Assembly: GCA_964247055.1 (NCBI GenBank)
Contig: OZ176054.1
Coordinates: forward strand, 7,006,001-7,070,000
DNA length: 64,000 nt
Source: Paragordius varius
Taxonomy: Eukaryota > Animalia > Nematomorpha
Direction: 5' to 3'
Of this stretch, positions 61,701 through 64,000 are shown piece by piece. Within the stretch, counting starts at the first letter, position 1. Each line of letters begins with the position of its first letter. The notes beneath the pieces were generated by a model, which saw only the letters and a program-made list of their open reading frames with translations, made no database searches and was not told the origin of the DNA. The translations under genes and the position numbers were made by a program.

Positions 61701-63961
61701 AATATTATAATATCCTATGGTAAATCAAAATCCATAGAAAAAAACACTAGCCTAAGATATGCCTCACTAATGTTTTACTTTAGAGATAGGTTCTTTAAAA
61801 CTGTATCCAAGGATTTACCATTAACAAATTACATTTTTTATAATTATATACATCCAGAATAGTTTTTAAAAGTTACGAATAATCATGACTTCCCATCAAT
61901 CCATTTTATAAAGCCATTTTAATTAAAGTATTTGTAATAATTAAATAGCTACGTTTGTTTTATATAATCTAAGTTGTTGTACATTCTTTTACAAACATTA
62001 AACATTCACATTTTAATGACCTTAAATTTAAGTAAACTTTTATATTTTTGTTTACGTTTAGATGACACCTGTTGGCAATCTATCGTCATTGCCTAATGAT
62101 CCCAAAAATATAATTAAATCATATAGTACACCTAAAATTATATCCATGCTTATAAATAAATTTAATAATTAAACGTCAAAATTTCAAAATTTTATGGATA
62201 ATAGGGATTGGAAATATCTTTGAAAAAAATCTCAAAAATATTTTATACCTTTACTCAAATATTTTCATCACTTAATTTATTTATAAGAGCATACCAACCA
62301 TGTTTGGTATGAATGGTAACAAGAGTCCACCAAAAAAATCAGTCGCTTCCAAAGGTAATTGTGTCGGCATGTTATCGATTGAACATACCAGGACCCCATC
62401 TCCTGTAAAACTATCATTGTAAAAAATTTTTAATACTTTTTAAGTAAATTTATTTATACCCCAAATTAGATGATTTCATATCTTAAAAAAGCTTAACTTG
62501 ACAAAGGTATAAAGTGACTTTAAAAACTTTTTATAGCCATAAAATAAAATAATCAACAATATATTTGTAAAGCAATGCAAAACCATTAAAAAGAGTTTTC
62601 ATCACACATACCATACCTTTCTGTATTTTTATTTTGATCAGCATCGTAAAGGCAAAAAGGTTTATCTATCGTGGTACATTCACTCATAAATTCAATACTT
62701 CCACCTGGATCAGCTGATATATCGCAGATGGCTAAAAGTCTGTGTGGTAAATTGGGACACCCTGGAATTTCTAAAATGCATATAATGCGCATAAAATTAT
62801 AATTCAATTCAATTTGTTTATGGATTCTTAAAAAGAATTAGTATTAAAGCAATTAATTTTTTGAGAAGGGGATATTTTTATCATATTGCCAAAACAAAAA
62901 ACTTTTGTTCTACCCAATTATTATCATATCTCCAACCATTAATAACGTTACAAAACTTTAATAAATGAGAAAATATATAAAATTACAAACAATATTGCAA
63001 TTACTGATCATAATTAATTTTTTGCTTTCTGCCTTTAAGTTATATAAAGTTTTATACCAGTTTTAAGCGTATTAGGAGTGGAAGCTTTTGAAAGATTTTC
63101 ATCAGATGAATTAGGAGTGTTGAAAGGATTCGTTGAATCAGGTTGCAAATTTTGCTTACGTGTAAACATAAAAGATGGTAGGGTCATACTCTTAGGGTTG
63201 TTGAAATTATTTTTTCCAAAATAAAAATGATTCGTTAAAGTGTGATAAAGCTTTTTATCATATTTCGTATCACCTTTATTCTGTCCATTATTATTGTTTG
63301 GTTGATCATAATAAAAGTATTGCTCAGGGGCATCTGTAAGAGATGAGCGACCATAATATTTTCGAAAATCCAATCCTGCATTAATATAAAAGTAATGAAA
63401 TCAGATTTTCTTAAGTAAAATAACCCTTAATCATGATGTATTAAATTTTTAAAATTTATATACGAGTTAATGCAATGTACAGTTATAATTAAAACGCCTT
63501 TCCAAAAACTATTTACTTTATATTTTATGTATATTACACAAAAACGGAATGAAACATGTGTAGGACAAAACAATTTGATCAGAAATTTTTAACCCACTTT
63601 TTTAACAGTTAAAACAATTTAAAAATCATCAATATAAATGCTTTATAAATTTATGACAAACAAATTTTACATAATGTTACGCTGGTTAAAATAGAGCAAT
63701 CAATTTTTTTAATATACATTTTTGTTTTTACATACAAATACCTTTTACATACAATAAATTTAAAGGGTAAGACAGTGGTGAGGAAAACAACATATTTTTG
63801 TTCATTATAAATTTTTTATAATATTTGTATAACTGACTCTCTCGATGCGGTATATGATCGCTGGCTTGGAGCAATGTTTTAGCTGCTGGGATAGTTATCA
63901 GTTTGGGTGAATCGGGAGCCCAATATATCCCGTTTATAATAACGTTTGCGTAGGGGGCAAT
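52762..63961 (-). CDS. AASS: Alpha-aminoadipic semialdehyde synthase (bifunctional LKR/SDH), 5' part outside window
   Basis: [14 protein letters not shown] (63961-63838); [42 protein letters not shown] (62770-62617); [16 protein letters not shown] (~62300-62415); AIIASNG (~60510-60586); [17 protein letters not shown] (~58020-58140); SLLPY; [15 protein letters not shown]; FCGGLPAPE; PNRDS...RGTLRY; [15 protein letters not shown]; RLKAEGI, stop at 52762-52764. Confidence 0.96.
53548..54643 (-). mobile_element. Non-autonomous Helitron, copy D (AASS intron)
   Basis: CTAG at 53548-53551, double hairpin, 5' TC end at 54643 (TTTATAAATATATAGA|T); A/T insertion site. Confidence 0.87.
58759..59321 (-). 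mobile_element. Non-autonomous Helitron, copy E (5'-truncated, AASS intron)
   Basis: CTAG at 58759-58762 with hairpin; homology stops at GCATTTTCCATTTT, lacking the TCTATATA 5' terminus. Confidence 0.82.
59964..60006 (+). ncRNA. Minimal type I hammerhead ribozyme-like motif (G12 to C variant, probably inactive)
   Basis: Stem I GTCGTA/TGCGAT; core CTGATGA (59970-59976); stem II GTGCT-AACA-AGCAC; CAAA in place of GAAA; palindromic CTAG loop closed by the A-U pair; GTC cleavage triplet ending at 60000. Confidence 0.72.
60904..61379. mobile_element. MITE with TATA-flush ends and 21-bp repeats (copy 2, AASS intron)
   Basis: TATACCATTTGCACTTCAA ... AAGTGCAAATGATATA; AAGGACCATCTTGAAGTGTTC array at 61270-61360. 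Confidence 0.8.
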
Positions 63962-64000
63962 CTATAATTAAAAAAATATAAAAATTCATAATTCGCCATG

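Overview
Very AT-rich animal (metazoan) genomic DNA with spliceosomal GT-AG genes; no prokaryotic content. Five protein genes can be rebuilt exon by exon: a TEX10/Ipi1-like gene (-, 13405-16497), a complete Sidekick Ig/FN3 receptor (+, ~21323-37884), a CAP/SCP gene with a C-terminal ShK-like domain (-, 38398-~42640), HAPSTR1/C16orf72 (+, 49711-51806) and the 3' part of the bifunctional LKR/SDH enzyme AASS (-, 52762 to beyond the window end). The first 12.5 kb is a transposon cluster: a 3.8-kb foldback element with ~1-kb arms, three of five non-autonomous Helitron copies, a hAT-Blackjack element with perfect TIRs and 8-bp TSD, and several MITEs. There is also an orphan 5' half of an 18S rRNA gene and a decayed Ty3/Gypsy pol remnant. 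Most notable: (1) the hAT element carries, just downstream of its transposase, an inverted, multiply deleted copy of that same transposase, a built-in foldback arm that could act as a self-silencing module; (2) three ultra-short (22, 28, 29 nt) GT-AG introns are needed to restore conserved reading frames; (3) a dispersed short repeat has the fold of a minimal type I hammerhead ribozyme; (4) AASS has an extra symmetric 318-nt exon in the LKR domain. Protein identities rest on my recall of family motifs, not database searches.
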